DNA from: Perkinsus olseni
Taxonomy: Eukaryota
Direction: 5' to 3'
Assembly: GCA_013115125.1 (NCBI GenBank)
Contig: JABANN010000078.1
Location: 1-64,000 of the forward strand
Length of the DNA: 64,000 nt
Part shown: one piece after another, positions 1-12,661 of the stretch
Layout: each line of letters starts with the position of its first letter
How positions within the stretch are numbered: the first letter of the stretch is position 1
The notes under the pieces: model-generated
What the model was told of the DNA's origin: nothing
The model's input: only the letters and a program-made list of their open reading frames with translations
Database searches by the model: none
Made by a program: the position numbers and the translations under genes

Positions 1-3000
1 CTCTAGGGTAGTCCGGAGCTGTATTATCGGCAGAACGCTCTCATCTAGTACCTAGGCACGAATGTTCAGCAATCCCCAACTTCTGAACAGGCGGAAATGA
101 TGGAAGCCTCGAGCAACCCCTGCATCTGTTACCGAGGGAAGAACACAGAATTTCTGTGGCAGAAGCCTGCATCGCAACGACTCTAACGTCGAATCTGGAC
201 ACACTCACAGGAGCGATCGAGCATCCCTTGCGTGACAGTTGTCCCAGCCTCTCTAGATGATGCTGGCTGAGCAGTCCCAAGGCAGCCTGCTGGATATCAT
301 CAGAAGTCACCAAGTCCCTCAGAGACTCGCGTAGTGTCTAGGAGCAGGGCAGAGATCAACACCACTCAGTTATTCACACTGTCTTACCTGAGTTAACGTT
401 CGCCCAGTCACCGCGCACCCGTTGCTATGATCAGCTCTTCCCGTGGCACCATCCTCATCATCCACAAGCTTCTTCGCCATAGTCACCATGTCGGTGATCT
501 CGTCATCAGCGGAATTCTCGTTGCCAGCTGTGCAGGTTGCTGTGTTGCTGGCCCCACTGCTACTATTGCTGCTGCTGACGATTTCGTTGGCTTTAAAGGG
601 GACCCATCCGTGATGGACTGTAGTTGCAGCCGCGGCCGCTGCTGTTGCCTACTCTCTCGCAGCTTCTCGGATATCATTCGCGTTATCCAGCTCATATCGG
701 GGCCTTTCCCGTCTTCAGGAGAGGCAGTGTGTGCCAGGTCATCACCATCTTCTGAAACATGCTGCTGCAAGACCTGAAAAGGTGGGTTACCTCGGCGTGA
801 TAAACGAGTGATTTAGGATAGAGGAAGCTGATGGTGACACAAAGGGAACCTGTACCTTGTCAAGCCTCGTCTCGTCAACGGCATCCCACAATGGATCGGT
901 GCCTGGTGCAGGGAATGGATCACCGCCGAGGGAAGGAAGCCTTACACATCTCGGACCAGCAGGCCGGGAACGACGATTCCTTCGACCGCTCTCCATTATT
1001 GATAACGAAGGATACCTGAAGATAAGCAGCCCAACGGAAAGTACGCACCTTCAACACAGGAAGATACTCAAGAGGCCCCGACCTTCCACTCGAAGCGCTG
1101 GAGGTCAGCTGTATCATGAGTACCGAACACCGCTGAGTCCAGAGATGTCGGTAGGCCTACAACGCCACTCCCGCCTGACCGAGGAAGATCGGAGCTAGGC
1201 TGTTGGACTTGCTGCTGCTGTCGCAGCATCTCACCAGCGAGGTCCGAGTTTGTGTGCGACCGTGAACGCTCTTGCGAGTCTGCGACGGACTCCGAAGTGC
1301 GGCCGGAAAATACGAAATTGATGTTGCTATCTGAGGCCACCCACTCCTTCAAGAATAGAGAGAGTCGTTGTTACTCTGTTCGAATAGACAGGCAATCGGG
1401 TAGATCTGCATGTCACACATCTGATCAACACTAATGTTCATCTCAACTCTAGCAGCCTTCGAGCAGTACCCCTCGGATACCAAGGCCATATCATGGTGGA
1501 CCTTCATAAGAGGGCATTGGCTGACGACCATACGAGTGTCTCACCGGCCCAGTGGCGATGTCCTCGATGGCTATGCAGCAGGAGCCCACCGTCATACGCT
1601 TTCGAGCGGGCGGATGCTGTCGTCCATCTTCTGGTGATTCTCGTTGTTCAGCTGATAGCAGAGAGATCGGGAGGACCAGCTAAGCTTGTCCTACTGATAT
1701 CATTGAGGACACCGCTCATAATGCTGGACACAGCAGAGCCGCGCCGACTGAGCAGCATCTGATGGAAAGCGGTGATCGGGGAAGGAGATAAGCCTCAGCG
1801 TGTACGTCATCGTCGTTCACCCTGATCAGCTTGAGCACGAAGCTCCTATCCTGGAGGGAACCTAGAAGCTGCTATCACACTAATCACGAGAAGAGGGCCT
1901 ACTGGTCGTCCAGCGGAACCTCAGTACAACTTCAGGCCACTCTGGTTGGTCAGTGTGACGGCACACCTTGGTCTGGTATCGATGCCTGCCGCCGTTACCC
2001 CACTCAAGACGGAGACAGTAGTCACCTGGAGTCATTGAGAATGGGGCTACCGATGAGTCGGAATATCCTACCCGCCCTGTCGAGGCCTGTTATTCGTACC
2101 GCAGATACGGCGACGAGGAACTCCATCAGCTTCTCACTCCTCCCGCTATCCTTGGCTGCTACCGCAGTAGTCGGAGCGGCAGCATGACCCTTCGGTATCC
2201 AATAGGGGGAGGGGGTATTCAAAGGGTGCCCGATGTCATCAACTTCGAGGGCATCGGTGTCGCTGTATGCCACGGAGCTCTGGCGGCTCGGGGACATGAC
2301 CGAGGAGCAGGAAGGGCGGTGATTCGACTGACACAGCCTTGCTAGCAAGACTGGTGATGTTGCCGTGGGGGACCAACGCTCATAGCTGAGCTTCCAACCT
2401 CCCAGGCATCGAAGTGACTCGTCTTAGAAAAGGCGTTAGCCTCTTCCCATCCTCCCTCTGAGCTCGAACTCTCGGATCCCGCTGTCTGCACGGCGTTGCC
2501 ACCAGCGGGAGTATCTAGACAGCCGAAGGCCCAATGCGATTGTGGGCGAGATACTACCACACGAGCAGATATGAATCTGATTGATGTCTTGAACTGTAGC
2601 ATTGCAAGGTGCCTCCGGAGCCCGGGGCAGTGCCTCGCCACCTGAGCGGACAAATACCGTATGCCCGGAGAGTTCTATCTCGAGTGACGAGGTCATCCTA
2701 CCCGTGCTGTTGTGAGTGGCCTGCCTGTCACCCCCTACCGTCGCTTCTCGTTTTCGGGAGAGCGCCGACCCCATCGAAGAGCCTGTGCGGCACCTCCCAC
2801 TACAGACTGTAACCCAACACTAGGTGGTGGTCAAAAAGAAGGCATAACAAGAATGGTATAGGTGTGGCCATCAGGAGCTTTCTCGCAGGTTACGTAGTTG
2901 CCGATGGCTGCGGCTTCCATAGGCAATTGGGTGTCCTCCTGCCCTTCCTGAACACAGCGTGAATAACAGTGAGGCCCACCATCTCCCTTCCCTACAGCGT

Positions 3001-3100
3001 TCTTCGACACTCCCAGCATCTGACGAAGTACGTTGCGGCGCTTAGCTTGGGACTCCGCTGCGGCGGCACTGAGAGGACACAGGCTTATTAGCAGGGGAGA
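1..3100 (-). CDS. Probable multi-exon, low-complexity (S/P/Q-rich) hypothetical protein; runs off the window start
   Basis: Successive minus-strand ORFs (2831-3160, 2342-2653, 2022-2348, 1068-1352, 483-770, 41-313) with similar composition. No recognisable domain; boundaries uncertain. Confidence 0.4.
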
Positions 3101-3174
3101 ACCCGCATCTCCGAGTCGAATGGAGTGCAGTGTAGCTGGTGCACTACGGGTAGTGATCACGCTTTCAATAGTCG

Positions 3175-3878
3175 TTACTTTGCTTTCTCTAATTTCATCT
3201 TCCTCTTCTGCCTGAGGTCATCCTTAATGACCCGTATCATCTCCTCAGTAGTTGGGGTGAAGTGGCAGGACATGAGCCGCCGGTCAGTCCCGAAACTCAT
3301 CTTCCCATTGAAATTCTTCACAGCCAGTTCCGCACCTGATCACGACAACGCCGGATTGAGGCTTCTTAGCTCACTGAACTAGCTCCCCGACGATCTAGCC
3401 CCGGCAGGCCCTTATACCCTCATGCTTATCTACTGAAACTACGTGGACTTTAACGGAGCCACGCGTTCTCAAATGATACCCGCTGACGACCCCCGTCCCC
3501 TCAGCCTGTCCCCGCCAATAGTACTCTTCCACGTGAAATAATCGACGTACATGACGTCTCCAGAGGCTCCCCTGCCTCTGCCGAAGCGCAAGTCCTTGAC
3601 TTCTCCGTACTTGTTCAGGACACCATCCGATAGGAGATCATCTATAGAACGAAGATCGTTGAGACTTCCTAGCATCTAGCGAGGCACCACAAGCTGACCA
3701 TGATCGACGCGTGGTTCGATCGTCCAATGCAGACGCCGAAGGTTGCCACGCCCCATGGGGTAAATTGGGACACCCTTTCTAACGCTAGTCATGGATGATT
3801 ACCTCTAGTGATCTGTCTCGGTATAGGGCGTATAGCCACAGTATGTGGTCCAGCCTTGGCGATGGCCAGAGTAGTCAT
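3175..3878 (-). CDS. Small spliced protein with an RRM-like fold
   Basis: Exons read MTTLAIAKAGPHTVAIRPIPRQIT, LNKYGEVKDLRFGRGRGASGDVMYVDY and AELAVKNFNGKMSF...KLEKAK*. The pattern resembles an RRM. Confidence 0.5.
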
Positions 3879-4026
3879 CGGCTCACGCTTGCTTCTTGAC
3901 TCGCTAGTTGACGTCACTGTCTAATGGTGGTACTAAAGTATTCGCTGGGAATCCGCAAAGTCGATCATCTAAAGCTGGTCATACTGATAACGCATGACTC
4001 AATCAACAGTGAAACGTTAAGTTTTG

Positions 4027-5266
4027 CTAGGCAGCAAACGATGTCTCCGGAGAGGTACTTGTATTCTCGTCACCAGTCGACTGCTGCTGCTGCTGTTCCC
4101 CACCAGTTGCTTTGTCCATGGCGTCCACTGCTACACTAGTGTGCTTATAGTAGCTGACCATAGACAGCGAAGCATCACTGCCAACCAGAGCTGCATCCGG
4201 CTGGAAAAGGATGCGTCCACTAGTGGCTTGGAACAGACTACCAGTAACTCTATCCACACAGAGTAGCAGGCTGCCGACTAGACACAGGGATTGGATAGGC
4301 CGGCCGGTATCAAGCGGACACACTGTTAGCTCAGCGCCTGTCTCTGGTGCACCTGGGAGGCCTAGCGTAACCACAACAGTAGGGTTATTCTCGCATACGT
4401 AGTAGATCTTATCGCAAGTGTAATCATAGGCAGAGCACGCAATGACCGCACGCTTGTTTGTTGGATCCACATGGAAGGACGCACCAACTTGTTGGCCCGT
4501 CGACAGCGACCACCTGCGTATGGTTCCATCAGCCGAGGTTGAGATGACCTGCTCGTATTGAGAGCTGTAGTGCAAACCGGAGACGTACTCAGTATGGCCC
4601 AACATGAAGGCGTGTATGACTTGATAAGAAGGGTACAGCGACATGCGGATTTTCTCATCGCGATCAGCAGTAAGCAGATAGCCATGGGTTTGTACGCATT
4701 CCATAGCCGTTACTACAGCGAGGTGACCGAAGAGGAGCTCAGCACATCCCTGAGCCTCTGGTTCCATTGAGTTCGGAGGAGCCTGGGCGAACTCGATCTG
4801 TCGTTGACCAGTTTGACTTGTCGTCTCCACTGGTGTAAGTCTCCACACTTCGCCATATTTATCAGCGATAATCAAACGTCCATCAGGATCGAATACTGCT
4901 GTTGTTATCTTCTTGCGATGCGTGTAACGAGCAACGACTTGTTCAAAATCATCGTCCCACAGAACCACCTGAAGCGGTGCTCAAGTCAAAGCGTCGAGTA
5001 GATGATCACCCTAGGCTGGCGAGTAGTACCTGCTTGTCATCCCCCACAGTTGCCCACAGACCCCTGTTAGAATGGGCAATGGCTCTCACTGCATCAGTAT
5101 GTTCGCCATCAACCATCTTACCACGTCTAGTATTAGTAGCATATCTGAATACGTTCTTGCCTACTGCCCATACTACGACCTCCCCGCTGCTCATTGCAGG
5201 GGATTCACACTGCATGAGCGATGGATGCTGGGCGGCCGATGTAGCTGCTTCACCAACGTCAGCCAT
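4027..5266 (-). CDS. WDR4: tRNA m7G46 methyltransferase non-catalytic WD40 subunit (WDR4/Trm82)
   Basis: Family-typical motif LLFGHLAVVT...LLTADRDEKIRMSLYP...FMLGHTEYVS and IIADKYGEV; WD repeats; one short intron near 4970-5018. Confidence 0.88.
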
Positions 5267-5572
5267 CGTCTACAATATCAAACTGCGAATGACATCAGTA
5301 GATCCATCAATGCGCCCTCTACGAGCTTCACTAATCACGCTAGTGATTCAATTACCAATGATTTACCAATGAACTGATTCGATAATCAGCGACCGGCGTC
5401 CAGCGTGGGAAGTTCGTGCCAGAAAAGAACCTTTGGAAAGATCAGATTGCTTGCGCACACGAGTTTTTGGGCGTGCGCGTCATGCTCAATCAAAGCGCAC
5501 GCCCAAAGAATCGATTTCCTACAGCGTAGAGTTGAACTTGCTAAGCACTGTCCCACGAAATGTTCTGTTCAC

Positions 5573-5656
5573 GCTGATGATGACCGCATAGTTGTCAGAG
5601 AGGGCTAATGCGCCTCCTGTTGAAATACACATAAATTGATAGGAAGAGTCTGAAGC
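5573..5656 (+). ncRNA. C/D-box snoRNA, putative LSU rRNA guide
   Basis: C box ATGATGA 5577-5583, D box CTGA 5650-5653, GCT/AGC terminal stem. Guide TGATAGGAAGAG (5637-5648) is antisense to the conserved LSU sequence CUCUUCCUAUCA. Confidence 0.75.
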
Positions 5657-5674
5657 AAAAGTGAATTCTAGAAA

Positions 5675-5741
5675 CTGATGAAAAATGTATCTGAAGTTTC
5701 CTAGTGAGGAACAACAGAAAACATCGATCACCAAATACTGA
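5675..5741 (+). ncRNA. C/D-box snoRNA, putative SSU rRNA guide
   Basis: C box cTGATGA 5675-5681, D' CTGA 5691-5694, C' GTGAGGA 5704-5710, D CTGA 5738-5741. Guide ATCACCAAATA is antisense to UAUUUGGUGAU. Confidence 0.65.
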
Positions 5742-5765
5742 ATATAATCTATTGAACTAATTGGA

Positions 5766-5836
5766 CCTGTGAGGATAGTACTGCTCCGAACTCTTCTTGA
5801 GGACTTAACACAAAATCACCAAATAAACTACTGAGG
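5766..5836 (+). ncRNA. C/D-box snoRNA, putative SSU rRNA guide
   Basis: C box GTGAGGA 5769-5775, D' CCGA, C' TTGAGGA, D CTGA 5831-5834. Guide ATCACCAAATAAACTA is antisense to UAGUUUAUUUGGUGAU, which resembles the 18S 5' region. Confidence 0.65.
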
Positions 5837-5853
5837 ACATTGATAATGGTGTT

Positions 5854-5947
5854 GTTGCTATGATGACATACTACAGCTCTGGGGAGGACCAGGCCTAAGG
5901 CCTAGTGTGACCTAACACTAATTTCCAATTGATACTCCTGAAGCAAC
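5854..5947 (+). ncRNA. C/D-box snoRNA, putative SSU rRNA guide
   Basis: Perfect 6-bp terminal stem GTTGCT/AGCAAC, C box ATGATGA 5860-5866, D box CTGA 5938-5941. Guide TCCAATTGATACTC is antisense to the alveolate-type 18S sequence GAGUAUCAAUUGGA. Confidence 0.82.
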
Positions 5948-6387
5948 TTATAGTGCCTAGCGAGGGTCCAGGAGCATTCGGACTCGCAGCGTCACGTGAT
6001 CGTTACATCCCTCGGCTCCTCAATTAAGCAGCATTCGCTGCTGAGTGGGTTGGGTTCTCTGACGATGATCCAACAGGGTTTCGCGGTTGTTGTCACCAGC
6101 CACTGACTAGTCGACCATGAAATAACTTGTACATCATGCTACATTCTTCCGCTGAGCCGTGCGTTAAGTTCAGTTCATGTTGAATTGGCCGAGACAAGGG
6201 CCCAAGGGCGGCTCTTGGGCATTTGCGAAGCCTGTTCACAGCGCGGGGTTGGTTCACTCGTCCTCTTATCGACAGGCTCTCTGGCGGTGTTACACGTATT
6301 GAGAGAGATTTCGAAGGCCCTCGAGTGACTATAGCAGCACCTTAAATTTTCGAAAACTTTTCGACGAAAAGGGCTGCGTTGACTGTC

Positions 6388-9300
6388 ATGGTGCGGGTAG
6401 AGCTAATGCTACCTCTTGCATGACATGTCGAGTTTAAGCCAAACTCATGGTCAACTGGTTGACGAAGCAAATAACACGTCTGCTACTGCGGTACTCAGCG
6501 ACGTTGGCCCCACCTTGCGGTTGGTCAAGTAGCGGCGTCCATCACCCGCTGCGCCCAATCGCCCAAGTGCATTTCAGACGTGGTTGCTACGAGAAAATAT
6601 TCCTCCTAGGAGTTGAGAGGTTGAGCGATCGGTCCTTACGCGTGAGACTGAGAGCTTGATTCCGGGAATCGACCAAGCAACAGATACAAACGTCTCAATC
6701 CACGCGACGCGAACGAATCTTCACTACACAGACAAGAAAGGAGTGCGCAAAGTGGTCGTCTGCTATCAACAACGCTCTTGTGATTCAGAACCAAATCACC
6801 GCTAAGTGAGCTGTTCGAAGAAAGCCAACGCTTACCTTATGTGGAGCGGATCGCATTAGATACGTCTCACGTATCAGCGTAGATGGTTCCGAACACGGTG
6901 GCGCGGTGCTCGCCAAATATAACTACAGCGATTGCCAGCGGACCCGAAGGCACTTCTGGGTTTCTGGTGATAAATTGAGGCTATGCTGGAGCAACCGAGT
7001 GGGAAAAACACGAGACAGGATGCACAGCGGAGTCTTAGGGAATATACGACTCTAAAGACTGCCAAAGCATCCTCCTCTCTGACGTTGTGGGTGTCGTTCA
7101 CGGGCCGAGCACTACAACCTTCACGAGATGCCGTGTAAGGCACATACCGGAGTGCAATTATACATATCTGCCTGTCGCCACTCTCAACCTGCAGATGCTT
7201 TACGATCCTCCCTGGTGCTGCTTCTCACTTCTCTTCAAAGAAAGAACTCTTGACTTAGCCGTACTACCGTCACCAATGCTACGAGGAAACCCATGCGGCC
7301 TAACTCCGTCAAGTGGTCTCACAGCAGACGAACTGATCTCGACATGGTAAGTTTGGTGAGCTGCGAGTGATTGACACTTACATGAACGATAACATCTTTC
7401 CCCATTACTACCCTCAGGCTGGTAGGGCTGGCAAGTCTATGTCGCAACTCAGCACCAGTCTCCCGCGCTAACATCCTACTCGCAACGGCAAGAATGAAAA
7501 CACAAGCCGAGGCACACTCGAAAGGGTGAGAGGTCTCTTTATGAAGTAGCGATGTAGTTGCTCTTAGGCTCACGTACCGGACGCACATCTTGAACCAGCT
7601 ACGGCATGCTGGATCGCCGAAGGACATTCCAAGCTCCACAATCACAACCACATGCTCTACTCGTACCTCGCAAGTGAGCAGCAGGGGAGAATGACTCAAC
7701 CGAGGGGCGCACTCCTCCAGGCCTCCTTGCACAGCCATCAAATCATCGACACCAACCAGTTATATGCAGAGAATGCTTCACTGAAGCACAAGTGGGCCTC
7801 CATTTCGCTCGGAACCCATTTCTTGCGGGTATCAGGTTAGCCGTGCTAGCCTCTGAGAACAGATCCCTGAGGGAGACCATCTCCTCGTTGAAAGGGAACA
7901 TCCGAGTCTTAGTTCGAATACGGTGGGTTGGGTGAGCCTTCTGAGTGAACTCGTGTCAGTCCGCGTTCTTCAGACCGCCAACTGCGGCAGAGGTCGCAAA
8001 GCCCGTTTCTGTGCACTGCACGACTGACGATACAGTGAGCCCTTCTCTCTAGTAGTCCTTCGAAGGGCATCACGTTACGCTACCCAGCAGGTGGTGTGCG
8101 ACTTTGGTGATGGGCGCAGAAGAGCTGTTCGCTTAGATGGAGCCTTCGGGCCTACTTCTTCTCAATCTGACGTCTACGAAGGGCACATCAGGGAGCTTGT
8201 ACATGCGGTAAGACTCTTACCGTAAGAGTATACATTCTTAGGCCAACGCCGTTCCTATGGCCTCTACCGCAGCGAACTACCGTGTCAATGCTGTATACTC
8301 TGCCGGGATCTTGCCCGAACGTCGCGACGTTCGGCGACCGTCGATGACAGCCTTCAGGTCCTCGATGGCTACAACTCTTCAGTCTTCGCTTACGGCCCCA
8401 CCGGGTCTGGCAAAACCTACACCGTCTTCGGTTCTCCCAAGAGCGACGCTCACACGTGAGCTGCATTGTTCTCGATCTCCTGCTGTTTGTATAGCCCCTT
8501 CTGTATTATCAGTGGACTTCACGAACGAATCCTCCGCGGCTTGTTTTGCAAGAGGGACAGCATCAAAGAACAAGATATGCTACTGTCGATGTCGATGGTG
8601 GAAGTGTACAACGAGTCGATCCACGACCTTCTTGCACCAGGAAAGTGGGCTCATCGAAATCCAAATGCTTCTTCGGAACTTTACCCTGATGTACAGCGAG
8701 CATTCCAGTCAGGCCCGTAGTCAAAGTTCTCTCGGGACATCATCATCGAAAAGGGAAAGGTGACGTTGTTCTCGAAGGGCTTAGCAAACTTCCTCTAGCC
8801 ACGTTCGAAGAATCGCTGGAGGTAATGGCGCTCATATTTCATACAGGCATGCTCGTGCTCCTGCAAAGTCAAACCGCAGGTTCTCGATGCCGCGTTGGCG
8901 ACTCGTCGCACTTCAACTACCAATCTCAATTTTCACAGCTCAAGAAGCCACTGTATCGTTACACTGCGAGCATGTCAGCGGTGCCCGTACACCGCAGTCG
9001 CTCGTCATGGCAAGCTCAACCTGATCGGTAGGTCGGTGTCCCTGGTCTCTCGCGATGATCTTGATCTCATCCAGATCTTGCTGGCAGCGAAAATGTTGGT
9101 CGGAGCGGTGCGAAGGGGAACACTTTGAGGGAAGCACAACTGATCAACAAGTCTCTTAGCACTTTGGTCGGTACCATCCCTTCGATTCCACTTTTGCTGG
9201 ATGGTCGTATGTTGTAGGGCGACGTGTTCAATGCTCTCCTGGCCGAACAACGGGATGAAGGTGTAAATCGTAGATCTCCAGTTCACATCCCTTACCGCAA

Positions 9301-9590
9301 CTCCAAGCTCACGCTCATGCTCAGGGACTCGCTGGGTGGGAATGCCAGAGCCCTCATGATAGCACACGTAGGTGCAGCAAGCATTGATCTTTACCGCTGG
9401 TCAGCCCATGGGCCACTTACGGTTAGCTGATAAGTTGGAATCTATCGCTGTCGGGTGGGGTAGCAGCAATTGGTATTGTGCTCAGGTGTCGCCTTGTGTA
9501 ACTGACGTTGCACAGACCTTGTCGACTCTTAAATTTGCGTCGAGGACGCGGATGGTTGAGCTGGGACCAGCCAGCCGTAACATGTCTAGC
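6388..9590 (+). CDS. Kinesin-14 (C-terminal motor, KIFC-like), multi-exon; 5' end uncertain
   Basis: Neck LKGNIRV (~7888), P-loop [80 protein letters not shown]. Confidence 0.9.
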
Positions 9591-10316
9591 TAGCGTATCT
9601 CTGCTCACATCCAGTGTCGAGTTGACCTTGTACCTCGCGGAGGCTATCATCCTAAGTTGTATCAGCTGTCATTACGAAGAACTCCTCCGGCTGAATACCT
9701 CAACGATGATGGTGGTGATTGCCGAGCCCTTCATTATTTGTGGTCCGTCGCGAGGAAATGAGTACCACTCGCTACAAGTCTGTCCCGTGGGCATGCGTTT
9801 TCATCTAGTCGCCTCGCAATTCACGTATTTCAGACCCCTGAGATTGGGGAGGAGTGGTGTGGCTGACCGCTGGACGGTGTAGTTTCCTTGATCTCTAGAG
9901 GTGGGCACCGGAAGATAAAAATCATGGTTTGGTACGATTCGGCTCGATGGCATCTAGATTGTTTCGGTGAGTTGGGTTCGCCGAGTTTGGCTCTAGTAAA
10001 GTCGGCTGGCCCAATCGTAGGCCCCAGACTTGGTCTGTGAGGTCAGAAATGCGATCGAGAGATGTCATGCCGCATAACATTCATGATGACTTCGACGAGC
10101 CAATTCGGTTCTGGCTCCGAAATCGCAATTAACGCTTCCACGGTTTGACTGGAGAAGTGGTGAATATAAAGCATGTCCAGAACCAGGAGATAAACCACTA
10201 CCACATTGGGACACTTCGAACGCGACAGAGCTTTGGAACAGCACAACAACAGCGATTGATCTCACACTCACCAAATCGCACGCGATCATGAGTCATGATT
10301 CATGACACCTTGGTCC

Positions 10317-11107
10317 TCAGCTGCTCTTCATCAACTCGGCAACTATGTCGCGTCTTGCGTCATGGGTGTCCTGTAAGAAGTTTATGAAGCCTTCGACACC
10401 TGCTTCATAGCCTTCCGGGGAATTTGTCATGATGACGTTGAGCAGTGCTTCGCAGCGAGGAGCAGGCTTGAGATAAGACGGGATGGTATCTCTCATATGG
10501 TGGAAAGGGTTAGCAGGTCCCATCTTAGTCTCGACGACGTCCGTGGGGTTCATAGTAAGTTGCATCGCGCCGGGGAAGTTGTAGGCCACCAATGCCAGAG
10601 CCTTAGGAGAGGGAGCGGTCCTGAAAATGACGCAAGGGATACTGATGGTACCTCGGTCAAGTTGCTTAAAGAAAGTTACACACAACCATACGAATGATGA
10701 AGCGAAGACCGCTGACGAAGCTGACTTTATCTCCAAGCTGTGGCCTTCTTCATAGCGTTCGATCCTGGCTGAATAATCACTATATTCGAATTTGAACGTC
10801 AGTTTTGTTCCTCCTTTACCGTACTCGAATTCACGCTAGTTCTCTCTTCTTCTGATCTGTAAAGGGCAGTGAACCCTGCAGTGACTGAAGCAGACCTCAC
10901 ATTCACTTTCTTCTTCTGTGGGTCGTCAACAACGCTGTCTGGAGGTAGAGGCTGAAAGTGCAACGAATGGCCCCAGGATGTCTCAGCGTACCTCTTCAAC
11001 CCGAGTCGCACCTCAGACACCATGTCCACACCGACGTAGGGGGGTCTCAGGGAAGCCATCGCAGTCATGAACCCCACCAGAGCAGGGAAGCGGATGAAAG
11101 TAAGCAT
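10317..11107 (-). CDS. Putative secreted lineage-specific protein (spliced or frameshifted)
   Basis: Signal-peptide-like start MLTFIRFPALVGFMTAMASL; two ORFs in different frames (10799-11107 and 10317-10736). No known domain recognised. Confidence 0.4.
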
Positions 11108-11627
11108 TGAGCAGGGAAAGGGAAGTACTAGTAGAGCGGAATGCAGAAAACAGGTAGGGGGCAGTTGAAGCTGAGACTGGAAGCGCGATTTTCATCTAAG
11201 GTACTGTACCGAAATAAACGCGCGCCCGGGAAATCGAAGTATTAAGCGCGCGCGGTTCACGGAATACTCAAATCCACACAGGCTGTTCTGTGAACTTCTT
11301 CTGGATTCCGAAACGGAGAGCCCAGAAATCTCGTTCGGAAAGCCGACTCAAGAATGTATTCTGAGGCGCTTCGGAATGGAACCTCAACGTGTTCTCCGAA
11401 ACGCATTGCTGAATCCAATATCTGAGTGAGAAGTGTTTTTCGCCGTGCAACTGAAGAGAGAAGTCTGACAGAGTACTTCATCGCATTTTACTATGATCCT
11501 GAGACATAGCTCACTGGATTCGTTTGACGTGGCCTCGGCTTCGTACACGCTTTAGCTGAAGAGAAACAGCTCGTACGCACGCACACCCGAAATGATCGGA
11601 TTTTACATAAATACATGTCGCAATGAC

Positions 11628-11768
11628 CGTCTCAGAGTGACGTGACTGGGGCGTCGCGGTGACCCCGTCTCGTAGACCCCGTCTCGTAGACGCCGTCTCA
11701 GAGTGACGTGACTGTCGCGTCGCGTCGCGTCGCGTCGCGGTGACCCCGTCTCGGAGACGCCGTCTCTA
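11628..11768. repeat. CpG-rich compound repeat built on CCGTCTC, GAGTGACGTGACT and (CGTCG)n units
   Basis: CCGTCTC recurs about 6 times; ccgtctcagagtgacgtgact twice; cgtcgcggtgaccccgtctc twice; a short (GTCGC)n run. Confidence 0.8.
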
Positions 11769-11774
11769 GATGAC

Positions 11775-12547
11775 GCGAAGTCCAAGGCCTCTACCGTCGC
11801 TACCCAGCTGCCCCTCAAGTCTTGCATTGACTGCAGCGAAGCCAGCTTGACGTGATTGGGGGCAACACCGGTGATTCCAACGGTGTTGTTGCCTTTTGAA
11901 GCCAAAGCCTTCGCGCATGCGGTACCGTGGAAAGTATCATTGCCCAGCACGTGGGTATCGTCGACGAAGTTCCAGGTGCCATAGAAAGGTGTGCCATCCT
12001 TCTTGTAGAAAGTGCCTCTCACAGGGTAGAGATCGGGGTCCGAGAAATCCACAGCGGAATCGATGACAGCAACACGGACGGGGTCGCTCCGCATGTAGGG
12101 CTTGGCCATCTCCCATACCTCTCCCATTCTCATACGTTTGAGATGGTCTTGACACCAAGCCCCTGCGTCGTTAACGTCAAGCTCGGGATCTAGCCATAGC
12201 GACTCAGTCGCCTCGTTAGGGCCACAGTCAATATCATCAATGTGGGGAAGAAGGCGGCTAACGTCATCAAGGTACTTGCATAGCTCCTCGTGTGTAACGG
12301 AATCGGGAGAGGTATGAACCACCTGAACTCGGACGTTGTTGAGAGTTTTCACCGTTGCCTCATCGAGGAAGTCAGCCATCTTCATCATTTGGGCGTCAAG
12401 AGGAATGCCAGCCTCCCTCAGATGGTTAGGGAGGGTGCGGACATCTATGAACATACCGTTAGACATGGTAGACAGAACAGTCTTCTCGTCATAGCGGGTA
12501 GTGGCCTCGGCGAAGGTGTAGATACCAAAAAGAGTTGCGATGCGCAT
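11775..12547 (-). pseudogene. Subtilisin-like (S8) protease, N-terminal half (inverted segment)
   Basis: Signal peptide MRIATLFGIYTFAEA, prodomain, catalytic Asp (VAVIDSAVD), catalytic His (FHGTACA), GITGVAP. Homology stops at EALDFA, after which the frame reads into repeat DNA. Confidence 0.88.
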
Positions 12548-12661
12548 GGTAGTAGAGAAAAACGAAACCTAGTGACTTGAAAGCTGAAAGCGATAGAAGA
12601 TTGGTTCGTCATCGGGGAGTACTCGCTACAAGCTCCTCCCGGGGCCTTGATGTGGGGTTAT

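Noticed and set aside
5950-6070. Additional H/ACA snoRNA after the C/D cluster
   Set aside because: Hairpin potential exists, but H and ACA boxes and a target could not be placed convincingly.
11603-11774. C-terminal 56 aa of the 314-aa ORF as a real protease domain
   Set aside because: It is read-through into the CpG repeat beyond the inversion breakpoint.
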